A stretch of 64,000 nucleotides of DNA, from the NCBI GenBank assembly GCA_964234715.1, contig OZ174286.1; one strand, written 5' to 3'. This document shows, piece by piece, positions 23,847 to 36,842 of the stretch (the first letter of the stretch is position 1; each line of letters opens with the position of its first letter). The position numbers and the translations under genes were made by a program. Origin of the DNA: Podarcis melisellensis. Taxonomy: Eukaryota. The notes beneath the pieces are model-generated. The model made no database searches. It was not told where the DNA came from and saw only the letters and a list, made by a program, of their open reading frames with translations.

Positions 23847-25410
23847 TATGTAGTCCGTATGTGTGCTTTATGGGTGATGAGTGTGCATGCACTCACTTGC
23901 GCATGCATTGGTGTGTGCTGGCTATGCTCACTGCTAGCATGTGGATCTTGGGGGGAAGTCTGACTTTCAACGTGACCCTCTGGCCAAAAAAGTTTAGCCA
24001 CCCCCGCTCTAAGGACTTCAGTCACTACTGTAATCATAACCGTCATTAACTCCCTTGAGAAAGTTCTCCATTTTGAAAATTTTCCTCACAGATTGTGAAA
24101 ATTAAGTCTCCACCTTTGCATGGTTTTATGGTTTGTCGATAGGCTGTGTGACACAGCCTTCTTTCTGCCCAATTCACTGTCCTCCTCAGTGTGTTCCAGA
24201 CGACTGTTTGCTTCTTTCGCTCTGTGTTGCCCTGTGTGTATCTGGTTACTTTGACCCCCTCAGTGAATAATAATCTTCTGTGCATGGAAGCCATGAAATA
24301 GTGACAAAGTTGAGCTGAGGGGGGAGAGGAGAAGCCCTCCAGAAGAGCATTTTCAAGTGAATTAACCTCCTTAAACAATCCTACATGAAGACTTCTTCAT
24401 TTTTCAAAGTTCGGCTGCCGTGAAAAATCATGTTCAAACATAAACCATTTGAGGTTAGGTTGATAGTTGCCACTTTAACTAACTGCAGTTTGATGCTGAA
24501 TCCAAACCAGATGTTTTATTTTTTTGTCAGGGGTGTTTTCTGTTGTCTAGGGAGGGAGGAAGGGAAGGGAGGGGGACGGGAAGGCAGGCACAAAAGGGTT
24601 ATGGAGCAGGGATTTTTTTTTTAATACTGCAGATGATTAGGACAAATTACAAAGAGCTATGCTTTCGGATTGGAAATGCTGAGGCGTTTATGATCTCAGG
24701 CCCCAACAATTAAAAGAAAACAAAAACAGAGGGATTGAAAGAATATGTACTGTGAACCGTTAAACCGAAAGGCCCACGGGCCCACAGCAGCTGGATTTCA
24801 TTTAGCCTTAAAAAGTTTAATAGCCTAAGCTTGCACATCTCTCCACTTCAGAAGATCATCTGCCAGGTGGGGGAAATTCTACTCCTTCCTCTGCCCCCCT
24901 CTGTCATGCTGTCTCACTTCATTTTTGTAATAAAAAGGTATTGTCTCTCGAAATGTTTTAGCAGGATCTGCGTTTTACCCAGAGCAGAATTTATAACCCT
25001 GGAGAAATGGGAATTCAGCATAAAGGGAACCGAAGGGAAGAACCGCATGTAGGTCTGTATTTTAGTTTCCCTCCTCAGCCCCGTATGACAGAGAAACATT
25101 TTATGCCCATGTTTGCCAGGAGACATGTCAAGAGAGTTGGACAAAACCAGCCTTCAGAGCTCTGGTGGGAGAAAATGCCTCAGTCCAAACAAAAACTGGC
25201 TCCTCCATTTCCCTCATAGATAAACACGACTTGTGGCTCCTAAAAGCTGTCACATCCCGGGAAATGGCTTAAACTAGCCAGCTAAACCAGGTGAGGGTAG
25301 CCAATGGGTCTCAAACCCCTGGTGAGTTAGGGGCTTCCCCTGCGTGTGTAGATAGCCTCCGGAGGATTAAGCGGACGAGACCAGTAGTGGGTCCAATGGT
25401 CAAGAAGGCC

Positions 25411-25643
25411 AGCAGGGAGATACTGTAGATAGTTTTCACTCAGGTCCACATATGCAAATAAGGAATTGAAAGTGATGTTCAGTGACTGGATAGTTACAAA
25501 AAGTTGTCACTGTTGCGTTGTAGTTGAGCTCTATATAAGCAGGTTGGCTGAACCCTTCAGTTCAGTTCTGTTCCGGCCTGTGAATAAACAAGAGCGTCTG
25601 AAGAATCGCTGAGTCGTCTGATATGTTCACCCACAACTTAACA
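25411..25643 (+). mobile_element. 5'-truncated LTR fragment
   Basis: Octamer atgcaaat, TATA ctatataagc, aataaa, terminal aacttaaca; resembles 54402-54722. Confidence 0.65.
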
Positions 25644-25793
25644 GGATGTGAGGGGCAGATGAGGCTCATCAAAAGAGTTGAGGAGAAGGAATAAAAACCT
25701 CACGCTAAACCTCCACTGCCCTGTGGGATATCTTCAGGAGAAGAAAAGGCTAGGGAGTGAACCCTACACAATCCAGAGTAGAGTCCCTAAGAC

Positions 25794-25924
25794 CAAGGCC
25801 TTTTCCAGCTGGAACTTGCCGGAACACCCCTCAGTTCCAACACCCCTCAGGGGACGCCATTGCCATTCTAAGAGAATGATGGAGGCATTCATGGTGACTT
25901 CTGGCATCTAGAAGAATTGCACTG
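25794..25924. mobile_element. Small hAT-like MITE (cagtgc...gcactg family)
   Basis: 8-bp TSD cctaagac/cctaaaac; ends gcactg. Confidence 0.6.
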
Positions 25925-26858
25925 CCTAAAACAGTTGGGTGGCACCTTGCATGCCACCTTCCAGCAACTCCTACAACGAAACTGGGGCCAAACTTATCGC
26001 TCTGCTTTCCTTTGGACCACATCAGCGAGGCTGAGAGGGGGGGTCTTGTCATTTGAGCAGCCCAGGACCTCCATACACATTGCCCAGGCTTGCGGCCTGG
26101 GGAGGTCAGTTGGGTGCTGCTAATGTAGCGGTTTGACCTCACTCCATTGTCTCTCGAGACAGACAGATGCCAACAACAGCAACATTGGCACCATAGATCT
26201 ATACATACAATGATGCCACTTTTAACTGGCATGGCTTCCCCGAAGAATGGTGGGGGCTGTAGTTTGTTAAGGGTGCTGAGATTTGTTAGGAGCCCCTCTT
26301 CCCCTCTCACCTGAGCTGCAATTCCCAGAGTGATTTAACCACCAACCCCCCCCCCCCAGGAAACCCTGGGAATTGTATCCCTTAGGAAACTCCTTTTCCC
26401 TTCTAACAACTCACAGCACCTTTAACAAAACATAGCACCCACAATTCTTTGGTGGAAACCATGACAGTTTAAGATGATGTCATTGTGGCCTATCACAGTT
26501 TCCAACGTGGCACAACCAAAGAGCAATTGGTTTTAACCCGGGACAGAAGTCCCAATTTCTGTCATGAACATAGGGTCAGTCGCTATCTGCACCAGACCGT
26601 GTGGCAGTAAGGTATGTGATTTTAGAGGGCAAAACTTAATTTTGTAAATTTCTTAAGTGTCGGGTCTTTAAGATTTTTTATTTTTTGGGTGGGGGGTGGG
26701 CATGAGGGATTTAAATCGGCTACTATTTTGGTGATTACAACTTTCAGCTTGGAAAATTTCTGTTTGATGAAGACGCATATAAACTGCTTTCGGAAAACCA
26801 AAGAATTTTAATTTTACCTTCTGAAAATGTCAGGTATTGTGACAACAATGACAACAAC

Positions 26859-26928
26859 CAGTGCTTTTTTTCTGGGGTACTCATGGGTATGCAATACCAG
26901 TACCTTTTTTTCTACAGGAAAAGCACTG
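26859..26928. mobile_element. 70-bp mini-MITE
   Basis: TIR cagtgctttt / aaaagcactg. Confidence 0.55.
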
Positions 26929-27186
26929 ATAAGAAATACTAATAAAACTAATACTATAACTGCAAGTACTTGGCAGTCATTCATGATTTCTATGGAATTT
27001 TACACACACTTTACTTACCAAGCAAAACTAAACTGTGTTAATTTAACCAAAATATCTTTTGACTTCCCAAGCCATGTTACAACTTTGTAGCACCCTTCAT
27101 TTTTGGGAAAAATTCAACATGTCCTGCTGAAATTGCAGCTTCTGTCAAGTGGTAGCTTAGGAGGGGTGGAAAGCTTATATAAATGT

Positions 27187-27554
27187 AAAAGGTAAAGGAC
27201 CCCTGGATGGTTAAGTCCAGTCAAAGGTGAGTATGGGGTTGCAGCACTCATCTCGCTTTCAGGCTGAGGGAGCCGCGTTTGTCCACAGACAGCTTTCCGG
27301 GTCATGTGGCCAGCATGACTAAACTGCTTCTGGACCAATGGGACACCGTGATGGAAACCAGAGCGCACGGAAATGCCATTTACCTTCTCACCACAGCGGT
27401 ACCTATTTATCTACTTGCACTGGCGTGCTTTCAAACTGCTAGGTTGGCAGGAGCTGGGACAGAGCAACAGGAGCTTACTTTGTCGTGGGGTTTCGAACCA
27501 CCAATCTTCTGATCAGCAGGCCCAAGAGGCTCAGTGGTTTAGATCACAGTGCCA
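27187..27554 (-). mobile_element. Sauria SINE, older subfamily
   Basis: Variant body (ggatggttaagtccagtcaaagg), shared with 34253-34618. Confidence 0.85.
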
Positions 27555-27830
27555 AATGTGTCTAGCCACTGCCGCCAAGCACTCACACAACATAGGTATT
27601 ACTAAACCAGTCTACACTCACAGGAACCAGTGATGCCCTTGACTTACCCTGACCGCTACCAGCCTCTATGACAATACTTACCGTACATCACACGGGGACC
27701 CTTCTGTGCAATCAGTAAGGGTGTCGTTGGCTGCAACCCCCACAGCTCGCACACCAGAGCATTCGCATCTGAACAGATTCCCATACAGGGCTGGCATCCG
27801 TGTACACCATTATTCCACTGATGCCTACCC

Positions 27831-28118
27831 TAAAGGTAAAGGGAGCCCTGACCATTAGGTCCAGTCGTGACCGACTCTGGGGTTACGGCGCTCATCTCGC
27901 TTTATTGGCCAAGGGAGCTGGCGTACAGCTTCCGGGTCATGTGGCCAGCGTGACCAAGCCGCTTCTGGTGAACCAGAGCAGCGCACGGAAAACCGTTTAC
28001 CTTCCCACCAGAGCGGTACCTATTTATCTACTTGCACTTTGCCATGCTTTCGAACTGCTAGGTTGGCAGGAGCAGGGACCGAGCAATGGGAGCTCACCGT
28101 GTCGTGGGGATTTGAACC
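27831..28118 (-). mobile_element. Sauria SINE, 5'-truncated
   Basis: Tail and body present; stops at the B box. Confidence 0.85.
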
Positions 28119-30422
28119 CTGATGCAGCATGGCTGTAAGCATTGAGGGAAATTTAAACAGCAGGCCCCTGCTTGGAGCATTGCTCCTGTCTACCAGTGGT
28201 GCCAGAGCAATTATCTAGGGGCTGCCAGCAGAGGAGGGGGCTTAACACAGGACACATTAGCCAGCCCCCAGCCACCCACCCACCACACTGCTCAACCTCA
28301 GTGCCAAAGCTGGCCCTGCTCCCACTAGTATAAGTCCGGCTTGGCCTGGAGAGTTTGATAGTTATAAGAATATCCCAACTCCAAGCTCTTTTTATTATTA
28401 TTAAATATTTTCTTGATTTACAAAACGGCAAGCTGTTTTCTGCATTGTTTTTATTTTTAAGCGTTTCCATGGCATGTTTGCAAATCATCTGGGGATAAAA
28501 GGCAATTCAAAATTAATAAATACACCCCCCCACTGTAAGATACCATTGAAAATATAAAACACCATGGAAAATATCAAGTCTCCCATACAGTTATAATCCA
28601 CCCAAAGGAATTTGAATCTGCCATTGCTCTGTGCAGATGGATTCCTCTCAAGGGAGACAGCTGGCTAGTTCACAGAACCTGGACAAATGGCACATTGGCC
28701 GCCATCTGGAATTACATATCTGACTGGTCTTCCAGCGAGTGGAGCAAGTGGCCACGTTGCTGGAGAAAATCGCTTCCACATAATAGCAGTTTGCTAAATG
28801 AGCTGTGACTTGATTGTGGTCCCATAAACCGCCTGTGTTCTGTAGTTAATGCAGAGTCTACTTTGCTATAAAGAAACCGTGCTGTTGCCTCAGAGCTGGC
28901 CTCTGGTGGAGCGCAGCAATGTGAAGTCTAAGCTAGGCTTTGTAGCCTGTCACCATGAATGGTTTGTTTATTATAGTCCTTCCATTCAGAAATGTCACCT
29001 GCAGTCTGTGCTTGTTAGGTCTTCTCACAGTTTTTTCCTTTAAAAAAAATTACTTAAAGAAATCTAGTGCCACCTTGTGGATTTGGGATTTACTGCAGGG
29101 CTTTAAAATCCTCACATTTTGTCAAAGGGCGGGGGATCAAAAGTGGATCGTTTAAAGAAACACAAAGCTGGGTGAGCCACAAAACTGTTTCACTTTAATT
29201 TCAACGCAGTTCATCAGTGTGTGAGAATACATTACAAATCTGTCAGTACCCAATTATCATTGACTGCCTCCTAAAGTCACATTAAATGTTTTTCCACCTG
29301 AAGATCTAAACGGCAGACTGGTATACCTTATCAGAACAGACTCTCTTTACGTTCTCAGGCTCTCGATTGTATGAAGCATATCTTACTACACTGTGGGCTG
29401 TATAAACAAGCTAGGAATCAATTTAATTAAACCCTTATTGGTAAATTTACCTGGAAATACTGAAACCTCAGGTATCTTCTCAAAGATAAGTCAAATGATA
29501 TTACCTTTGCCATGGCAAAATTTCTCTCAGAGGTAATAAGAAATAGAAATCAACATGCTCTGGATAAAACATAGTGACTGTCTTGTATCTTCCCTTGTAT
29601 CTCTGCTGCACTTTGCTTTCAAAACTGTTTTTGTGGGTTTTTGGACTGTAATAAAGAATGTGTGTGAATACATAAAAAAACCTCAACCGCTTTTGAAAAT
29701 TTACATTTAATTAACAACAATAACCTAAGTTTAAAGTGAAATCAGAACATAAGAACTTTGAGCTGAAGTTCTAAAACTGATTTGCACAAAAAAGATGGAG
29801 GAACCGTAAGAAATGTCTGTAAATCCTATGCTTGTCTACTCAGAAGCAAGTGGCGCTGACTACAATGAGATTTACTTTCAGGCTGGTCATATAAGATTGC
29901 AGCCTAAACATCATGTGGATTTGCACATCAGTTCTGGGGGGGACCAGCCTGTTGCCTGCTGCAGAATCTTCACGCTCCCTGTAGCCAGTTCACACCAGCT
30001 AAATGTATTCACATGATAGATGCATGTAGCCCCCAAAGTGGCTTACAAACGTAAGATCAATAAAAATAAGATGCATAGATCACAGGCTTTTTCCTGTGCA
30101 ATTTACAAAAGACGGGGCAGGGAGATGAGGGGAAAGGAAAACAAGCAAAGCCAGGCACCAGTTCTTAAAGTTGCATAATAGTTCTTATAATGAGCAGCTG
30201 TAGTGGAAGCCATTCAGGGGGGCAGGGGCTAAATGCAGCCGGTCTCTCAGCAGAGCTAATGGAAAGCTACTCATCTCGCCTCTACAACCTGATAGGATCG
30301 ATGAATGCCTAGGAAGTCAGAAGTAGGAAAGCAGTCACCCAAGTCTCCTTCCTTGCATGCATTCCCTGACCGTCTGAAAAGAGCTGTTGTAATTAGAAAA
30401 GCAGCTGTGAGTTATTCTAAAA

Positions 30423-30642
30423 CAGGGGTAGGCAACCTAAGGCCCGGGGGCCAGATCCGGCCCAATCGCCTTCTCAATCTGGCCCATGGATGGTCTGGGA
30501 ATCAGCGCACAGAAATTGTGCAGCAGCGGCACGGCGGCAGCGGGAGGCCCCATTAGCTAATGTGGTACCTCAGGTTAAGAACAGTTTCAGGTTAAGAACG
30601 GACCTCCAGAATGAATTAAGTTCTTAACACAAGGTACCACTG
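30423..30642. mobile_element. Chimera of a hAT MITE left end and a Tigger-like MITE right end
   Basis: caggggtaggcaacct... joined at ~30505 to family A right half ending ggtaccactg. Confidence 0.65.
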
Positions 30643-31640
30643 TGTACACATCACTCACCTTGCACACTGAAGTCCTTTCCTTAAAAGAAGGCAGTTCTCA
30701 AAAACCTGCCAGAATAAAACAGTCTTCACCTGCTGGTGGAAGGACAACAAAGAGGGAGCCAGTCTAGCCTCTCTAGAGAGGGAGTAACAAAGTCTGGGAG
30801 CAGCCATTAAGAAGGCCTTCTATTGCTTCCCCACCAAATGTGCCTTGTGAGGTTGGCTGAACTCAAATGGGACATATGAGTGGACCTTTTTAAGGTTTTA
30901 CTTTCAGCAGTTCACAATGGGATGGATGATTTGACCTCAAGTGCAAGCATTATGTCTGAGGTGATCTCTGTCTGCTGCATTAGTTCTGCATGTGTCTTTT
31001 CACTTATGCAGGTCACCATGTCATGTTGCCATTGGTGATGAACATGCATGCGTAAATCAGCATAAGGACGTGGTCTGTTGGTGCCACATTTAGCGTATTC
31101 CTTTTTTTATGGAGTTGCCTGTATTTGTCAAAGGCCTTAAAAGCTTTCGTTATGGCTCTACGTGACCCTAGTATCTTTCCTTTTCTTTCAGCTGCCTGCC
31201 CTCCAAACATGCTCATTCATTATATACTAAGCATGCAGTCCTAAATATGCCGAACTGAATAATCATTCCACTAAAATCAATGGAACATATATACTTGACA
31301 ATTTTAATACAGTAGGTTGAAATCAATATGAGCTGAGCATTTCTGTGGATATGCATTCTATTGAATTAGCAACACTTTTTCGTAAATTGAGCATAAAAAG
31401 CTGCTCAATACCAAGTCAAAACTATTGGTCTGTTTACCTTAGTATTATTATTTCTCAAATTCTGTGGTTTTGTGGACTGCTTAAACATTGCTGTGGGTCT
31501 TTGCAGACCTCTTAATTAACTCTTTCCATCAGCATCAAAGCCAGTGCCATGTTACAAACATCATGGGCAGGCTAAGTACAGATATTCCCACCTGTTCTGC
31601 AACCTTTCCATGGAATGTGACCTTGCAGACTACCAGACGT

Positions 31641-31760
31641 CCATGGATAATGCCAAGGTTGCAGGTTCAATCCCTGTAGGGGACAGTTGCATATCTCTGC
31701 ATTGAGGATGGGTTGGACTGGATGATCCTCAGGGTCCCTTCCAACTCTACAGTTCCATGA
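31641..31760 (+). mobile_element. tRNA-head / CR1-tail SINE fragment
   Basis: B box ggttcaatccc followed by gggttggactggatgatcctcagggtcccttccaactctac. Confidence 0.6.
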
Positions 31761-31911
31761 CTAAGGCAATCTCTGGTCTACTGCCAGATGTTCTCCAGGG
31801 CTTCAGACATGAGACCTTTCCAGCTCTACCTGCAGATGCTGGGTGCTGAACTTGCATGCAAAACCTCTGCTCCTACCACTGAGTTATGTTCCTTCTTTGG
31901 GGAAGAAAATC

Positions 31912-32323
31912 TTGTTGTTGTTGTTTAGTCGTTTAGTCATGTCTGACTCTTTGTGACTCCATGGACCAGAGCACGCCAGGCACTCCTGTCTTCCACTGCC
32001 TCCCGCAGTTTGGTCAAACTCATGCTGGTAACTTCGAGAACACTGTCCAACCATCTCGTCCTCTGTCATTCCCCTTCTCCTTGTGCCCTCCATCTTTCCC
32101 AACATCAGGGTCTTTTCCAGGGAGTCTTCTCTTCTCATGAGGTGGCCAAAGTATTGGGGCCTCAGCTTCAGGATCTGTCCTTCCAGTGAGCACTCAGGGC
32201 TGATTTCCTTCAGAATGGATAGGTTTGATCTTCTTGCAGTCCATGGGTCTCTCAAGAGTCTTCTCCAGCACCATAATTCAAAAGCATCAATTCCCGTTTT
32301 TATGGTCCAGCTTTCACTTCCAT
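31912..32323 (-). mobile_element. Bov-B (RTE) LINE 3' fragment
   Basis: PWTARRSNLSILKEISPECSLEGQILKLR.QYFGHLMRR; (caa)n tail. Confidence 0.92.
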
Positions 32324-32341
32324 CTTAGCATTTACCTAAAC

Positions 32342-32513
32342 CAGGGGTAGTCAACCTGGTCCCTACCGCCCACTAGTGATCGTTTCAGGATCCCAGGTGG
32401 GTGGTAGGGGGTTCTGGCACATGTTACTGTAGCCCTGGTGGGTGGCAAGGAAATTTTACCATCAAGAAAGATGCATTAGTGGGTGGTAGGTATAGAAAGG
32501 TTGACTACCCCTG
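32342..32513. mobile_element. hAT (Buster/Charlie-type) MITE
   Basis: Perfect 16-bp TIR caggggtagtcaacct/aggttgactacccctg; perfect TSD acctaaac. Confidence 0.9.
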
Positions 32514-33875
32514 ACCTAAACTATACATTTTGGACTGAAACGTGAACTATCCCACATTTCTAACATACCCTTTTTTACCAATGAGCAAAACAGTCTAATA
32601 ATGCAACCCAGTGTTTGTTTACTTGAAAGTAAATGTTGTTATAACCAACAAGGCTCACTCTAAAAGTATATATGTGCAAAGAATTGCATGGTTAAACATC
32701 GATAGCCTACATCTTTAAGATCTCCTAATAAAATGCCAGCTTAAAAATTGTTTCTGCGCCTCTCCCCCAGCTTTGCTAACATCTCAATCTCCTCCAGTTA
32801 TAAAGAAACACACAATAAAATATTTTCCACCCTTTAAAGAAGTTCCCCATGTTTGCTTTACCATCCATCTCACTTCCTCTCTGAATTTTAATTATGTGCT
32901 AACATAATCACTGAAAGGAGGTCATGGAAAGTTCAGGCACATTTTATGTCCCTGCTTGTTTTGTGGCTTTCAAACTGTCCACATTACTAGAGGGGCAATA
33001 CATCACACACACACACAAACACACACACACACAATCTGCATCAGCTGTTGCTTTAATCCAAATCTAGTGAAAGCTGTATGAACTCCCTTCTTGGCATTCA
33101 CACAAGTCAGGGAATGATTGGAATTGCTGGGTTTATTTTTATTTTTTAAAAGTGTGTTTTTAAAAACTTGTTCACCCACATGAACACATCCAATCTCAAG
33201 CGACAGCTGCTGTATTTGTGGCTCACCTGGTCCCTAGGTTTCAGAATAGGCAACCGTTCCTGCTCTCAGTTGTAACTAGTGATGTTGGTGAAGTTTAAAA
33301 TACCAGCTTCTAAGGATGGAGGAGAAATTTGATTCAGTTCACAGTCAAGGCCAAATCTATCAAATTCACACTTTCTGAAATAATATGAGAACTGAAACAC
33401 AGCCATATTTAGGAATTCAGCTATATGGTTTTTTTTGTGTGGAGCAGTTCTCCAACCAAACAGCGTTTACAAAAATGCATCTAATTAGAGGAAAGTGTGC
33501 TTTAAAATTAGTGAATATTATATACATAAATGCATTCAATGGATTTATAAGGCCTCCAAGAGGAGGATACTCAGAGGGTCCCTAAGGATCGACCAGGATA
33601 AGTACATTGCTCATGTTTTGCATATCCACTCCCCCAATTTAAATGAATGAATGAAATATCACTTTGTTCTGCTCTGTTACAAACTGAGCAGCATTTCTCC
33701 CCTTCTTCAACATGGAATGTAAAACGAGATCCTGCACACATGAGATCAAGTAGGCCCGGCTCCAGGTTTTGGGCCCCCTAACCAGGCTGCACTTGGAGGG
33801 ACCCACAAGTGCCCATAGCCACTTGGGCCCCCGGTGGTGCCATGTCTGTAGCCACCAACTTCCTCCTTGTATACC

Positions 33876-34221
33876 CAGACCCTCCAAGTGTCCCTGTTTT
33901 CCAGGGGACAGTCCTGGATTTATAAAAACCATCCTGGTTTCTCATCTGATCCCCAAATGTCCCTGTTTTCCTTAGGACTTCCCTATTTTCATTGGAGAAA
34001 TGTTGGAGGGTATGGAGTTCTCCGACTTCCAAGCCATCTGAAGGCAGCCCAGTATAGGGAAGGTTTTTTTTAAAAAAATGTCTAATGTTTAATTATGTTT
34101 TTATATGTGTTGGAAGCCACCCAGAATTGCTGGGGCAAACCAGTGAGATGGGTGGGCTATAAATAGTAACATTATGGAATAGGATGTCCCTATTTTCATT
34201 GGAGAAATGTTGGAGGGTATG
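33876..34221 (+). mobile_element. Composite DNA element enclosing an L2 3' end
   Basis: cagaccctccaa...ttggagggtatg; right end duplicated around the L2 fragment ~34035-34170. Confidence 0.6.
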
Positions 34222-34252
34222 CACACCCCTTTGTGTTCACATGTGGATGTAA

Positions 34253-34618
34253 GCAGCTGGTGCTGTGGTCTAAACCACTGAGCCTCTTGAGCTTGCCGAT
34301 CAGAAGGTTGGTGGTTCGAAACCCCACGACGGGGTGAGCTTCTGTTGCTCTGTCCCAGCTCCTGCCAACCTAGCAGTTTGAAAGCACATCAGTGTGAGTA
34401 GATAATTAGGTACCACTGTGGCGGGAAGGTAAACGGCATTTCTGTGCGCTCTGGCACTTGTCATGGTGTCCCATTGCGCCAGAAGTGATTTAGTCATGTT
34501 AGCCACATAACCCAGAAAACTGTCTGTGGGCAAACACGATCTCTCTGAAAGCGAGATGAGTGCCGCAACCCCATAGTTGCCTTTGACTGGACTTAACCAT
34601 CCAGTGGTCCTTTACCTT
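34253..34618 (+). mobile_element. Sauria SINE, older subfamily
   Basis: Matches 27187-27554 variant; tail tttacctt. Confidence 0.85.
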
Positions 34619-35604
34619 AGCCAGTGGCAGTGACAGTGTTATAATGGCCTAGGAGCTGAGCAGCCTGCCAGCCCTGTATGGTACTTTGCAGTCACCATAT
34701 TTCATCTTGCGCAGCTCTGTGGGGTATAAAATATTGTGGCCAACAGGAACCGAATGGAGCTGAGTGGTTGCTTAGCTCTCAGCTCATTACAGCAGCACTG
34801 CTGCTTAACATTCTTCTATTTATTAGGGAAATGTTAAGGATTTCTGCAACTGATGACAGGGGAAGAGTTTTCACATTCAGCCTAAAGTACTATTGCTTCC
34901 TCAACTTCCCTATGAAAAAAATGTGTGTTTATGCGTCCGGCTTTTAAATGCGTGTGTATTGAGGTGGGGGAACAAACAAGACAGGAATGTAGAAAAAGAT
35001 TGCATTTGATACGTACAATGCACATTTAGTTACAGGTAAGTTCCGCTTTGTTTGGTTGAGCCTATTCCCTGAGAAGCATGCCTAGGATTTTTGCTGAAAC
35101 TAATTATAGGAAGCGATTGTTTTAGGCACATCCAATATGAGCGTGATCAAAAAATGTGCTCATTGCCCCGAACCTGGAAGTGACCAAAACACATCATAGA
35201 AAGGGACAGGACGGGCCGGGCAGGCTTTTTCAATGGTGTTTCAAATATATGGAATTTCACTTAAACACACAGTGCCTTGGAACATAAATTGGGAGTTGCC
35301 TGTACACTAACAGCAAATGTAAGTGCTGTGTTAAGGTACCTATGTAGCCAAATTGAGGCAACTGGAAAACAAGACAGAGGTATCAACATGCACAGCGAGA
35401 CAAACCCCAAAGATTGCAAGATGGCCAAGTGTTGGGAAGAAATAATGGAGAAGAAATAATGTGAAATTGGCTGGAGGGGCAGCTGAGGGGGAAGGAAGTA
35501 CCCTGAAATAAGGAAGGCTGGCTTAACAATGAACACTCCATACTGCAACATTTAGTTGCGGATCTCACTTTGTAATAGGGATTCTGAAATATGAGTGAAT
35601 CCGT

Positions 35605-35718
35605 ATTTAATGTTTAATAGACTATTGTATTTTAATATTCTGTTGAAAGCCGCCCAGAGTGGCTGGGGAAACCCAGCCAGATGGGTGGGGTATAAATAAA
35701 TTATTATTATTATTATTA
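35605..35718 (+). mobile_element. L2 3' terminal fragment
   Basis: gccgcccagagtggctggggaaacccagccagatggg + (TAT)n. Confidence 0.7.
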
Positions 35719-36842
35719 GATACTTTCTGCACTTCGTAGCATCTTACATTTTCCATCTCACTGGTGCTTTTCTTGTTGGCAGCTGTCAAGGCAATAAAAT
35801 GGTTTGTTGCGGCAGAAGAGCATTGACATGAGATTTATCCCTTAAGCAAAGTTAGAACCCCATTGACATGTTGCGAAAATTGTGCTATTAGATGAAGCTC
35901 TTGTCAACGTGGACTAAATCAAACATAATTTTCAAACGGCATCAGCGTTTCCTCAATGATCAGGTTTCAGACAAAGTTGACATCCAGGAGAAATCACAAT
36001 TCAGCTTTCTATTTATGACTGACAGATTCAATTGGTTAATTACTGTGTCTTCCCCCCTTCTTTATTTTCTTCTATAATTCTTGTTAACAGGCTGGAATCA
36101 ACTGTTGCTATTTTCGCCTTGTTACCACTACTCCATTTGACATGTGAGTCATAATTGTAATAAGCAATGTGAGTAATGACTGTAATGACTTTATTTCCTG
36201 CCTCTATTTCTCACTACGCCCGCCCCTGTGGTGGTTTGGGATTTGTACTCTTCTCAGAGGCAGTGGCCATTATTAATGCAGATGTGTCAAAATGGACAGC
36301 CAGAAGTAGCCACTGTTTCTCTTGAAAGACAAGCCACGAAGCAATCTGCTCTCCAAGGTTTCAGCCTTAAATAAACTTACTCTACAATCCCATTGTCCCT
36401 GAAAGAGCATCCCAGGGAACTCAGGAAGTTGACTTACACTGAGTCAGACCATTGGTCCATCTATGGCTGGATCTACACAGATATAAAAAAACACCATGAA
36501 GAAACACTATAGTTATATATCTACCCCTATGCAATTTGGCATTGACTTTGGATTGCAGCTCTACAATGCTATCCAGTGTCACATTTCTGTAACCCACTTA
36601 TAACATTATAATGGACCTGTGTAACTGAGTCCTAATTTAATTACTGTCGACACTGACAAGTACTGAAACGCCAGGTTTTTAGGCAGGAATCTCTCCTATT
36701 CCTACCTGGAGATGCTGAAGATTGAACCTGGAGTCTTCTGAATTCAGAGCAGACGCTTGGCCACATATACCCATTTTTGTATGCAGTTCCCCCTAATATA
36801 ATGAGTATTCTATATATCTTATTAGCATAGGGGTTTCTATGT

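Larger units (their letters stand above)
25231..26184 (+). mobile_element. Probable bipartite (5'UTR + 3' tail) non-autonomous RTE element with nested insertions
   Basis: RTE-5'UTR-like blocks (gaaggaataaaaacctc..ctaaacctcc; cagcccaggacctcc) ending in ccattgtctctcgagacagacagatgcc(aac)n, no ORF; family assignment from memory. Confidence 0.5.
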
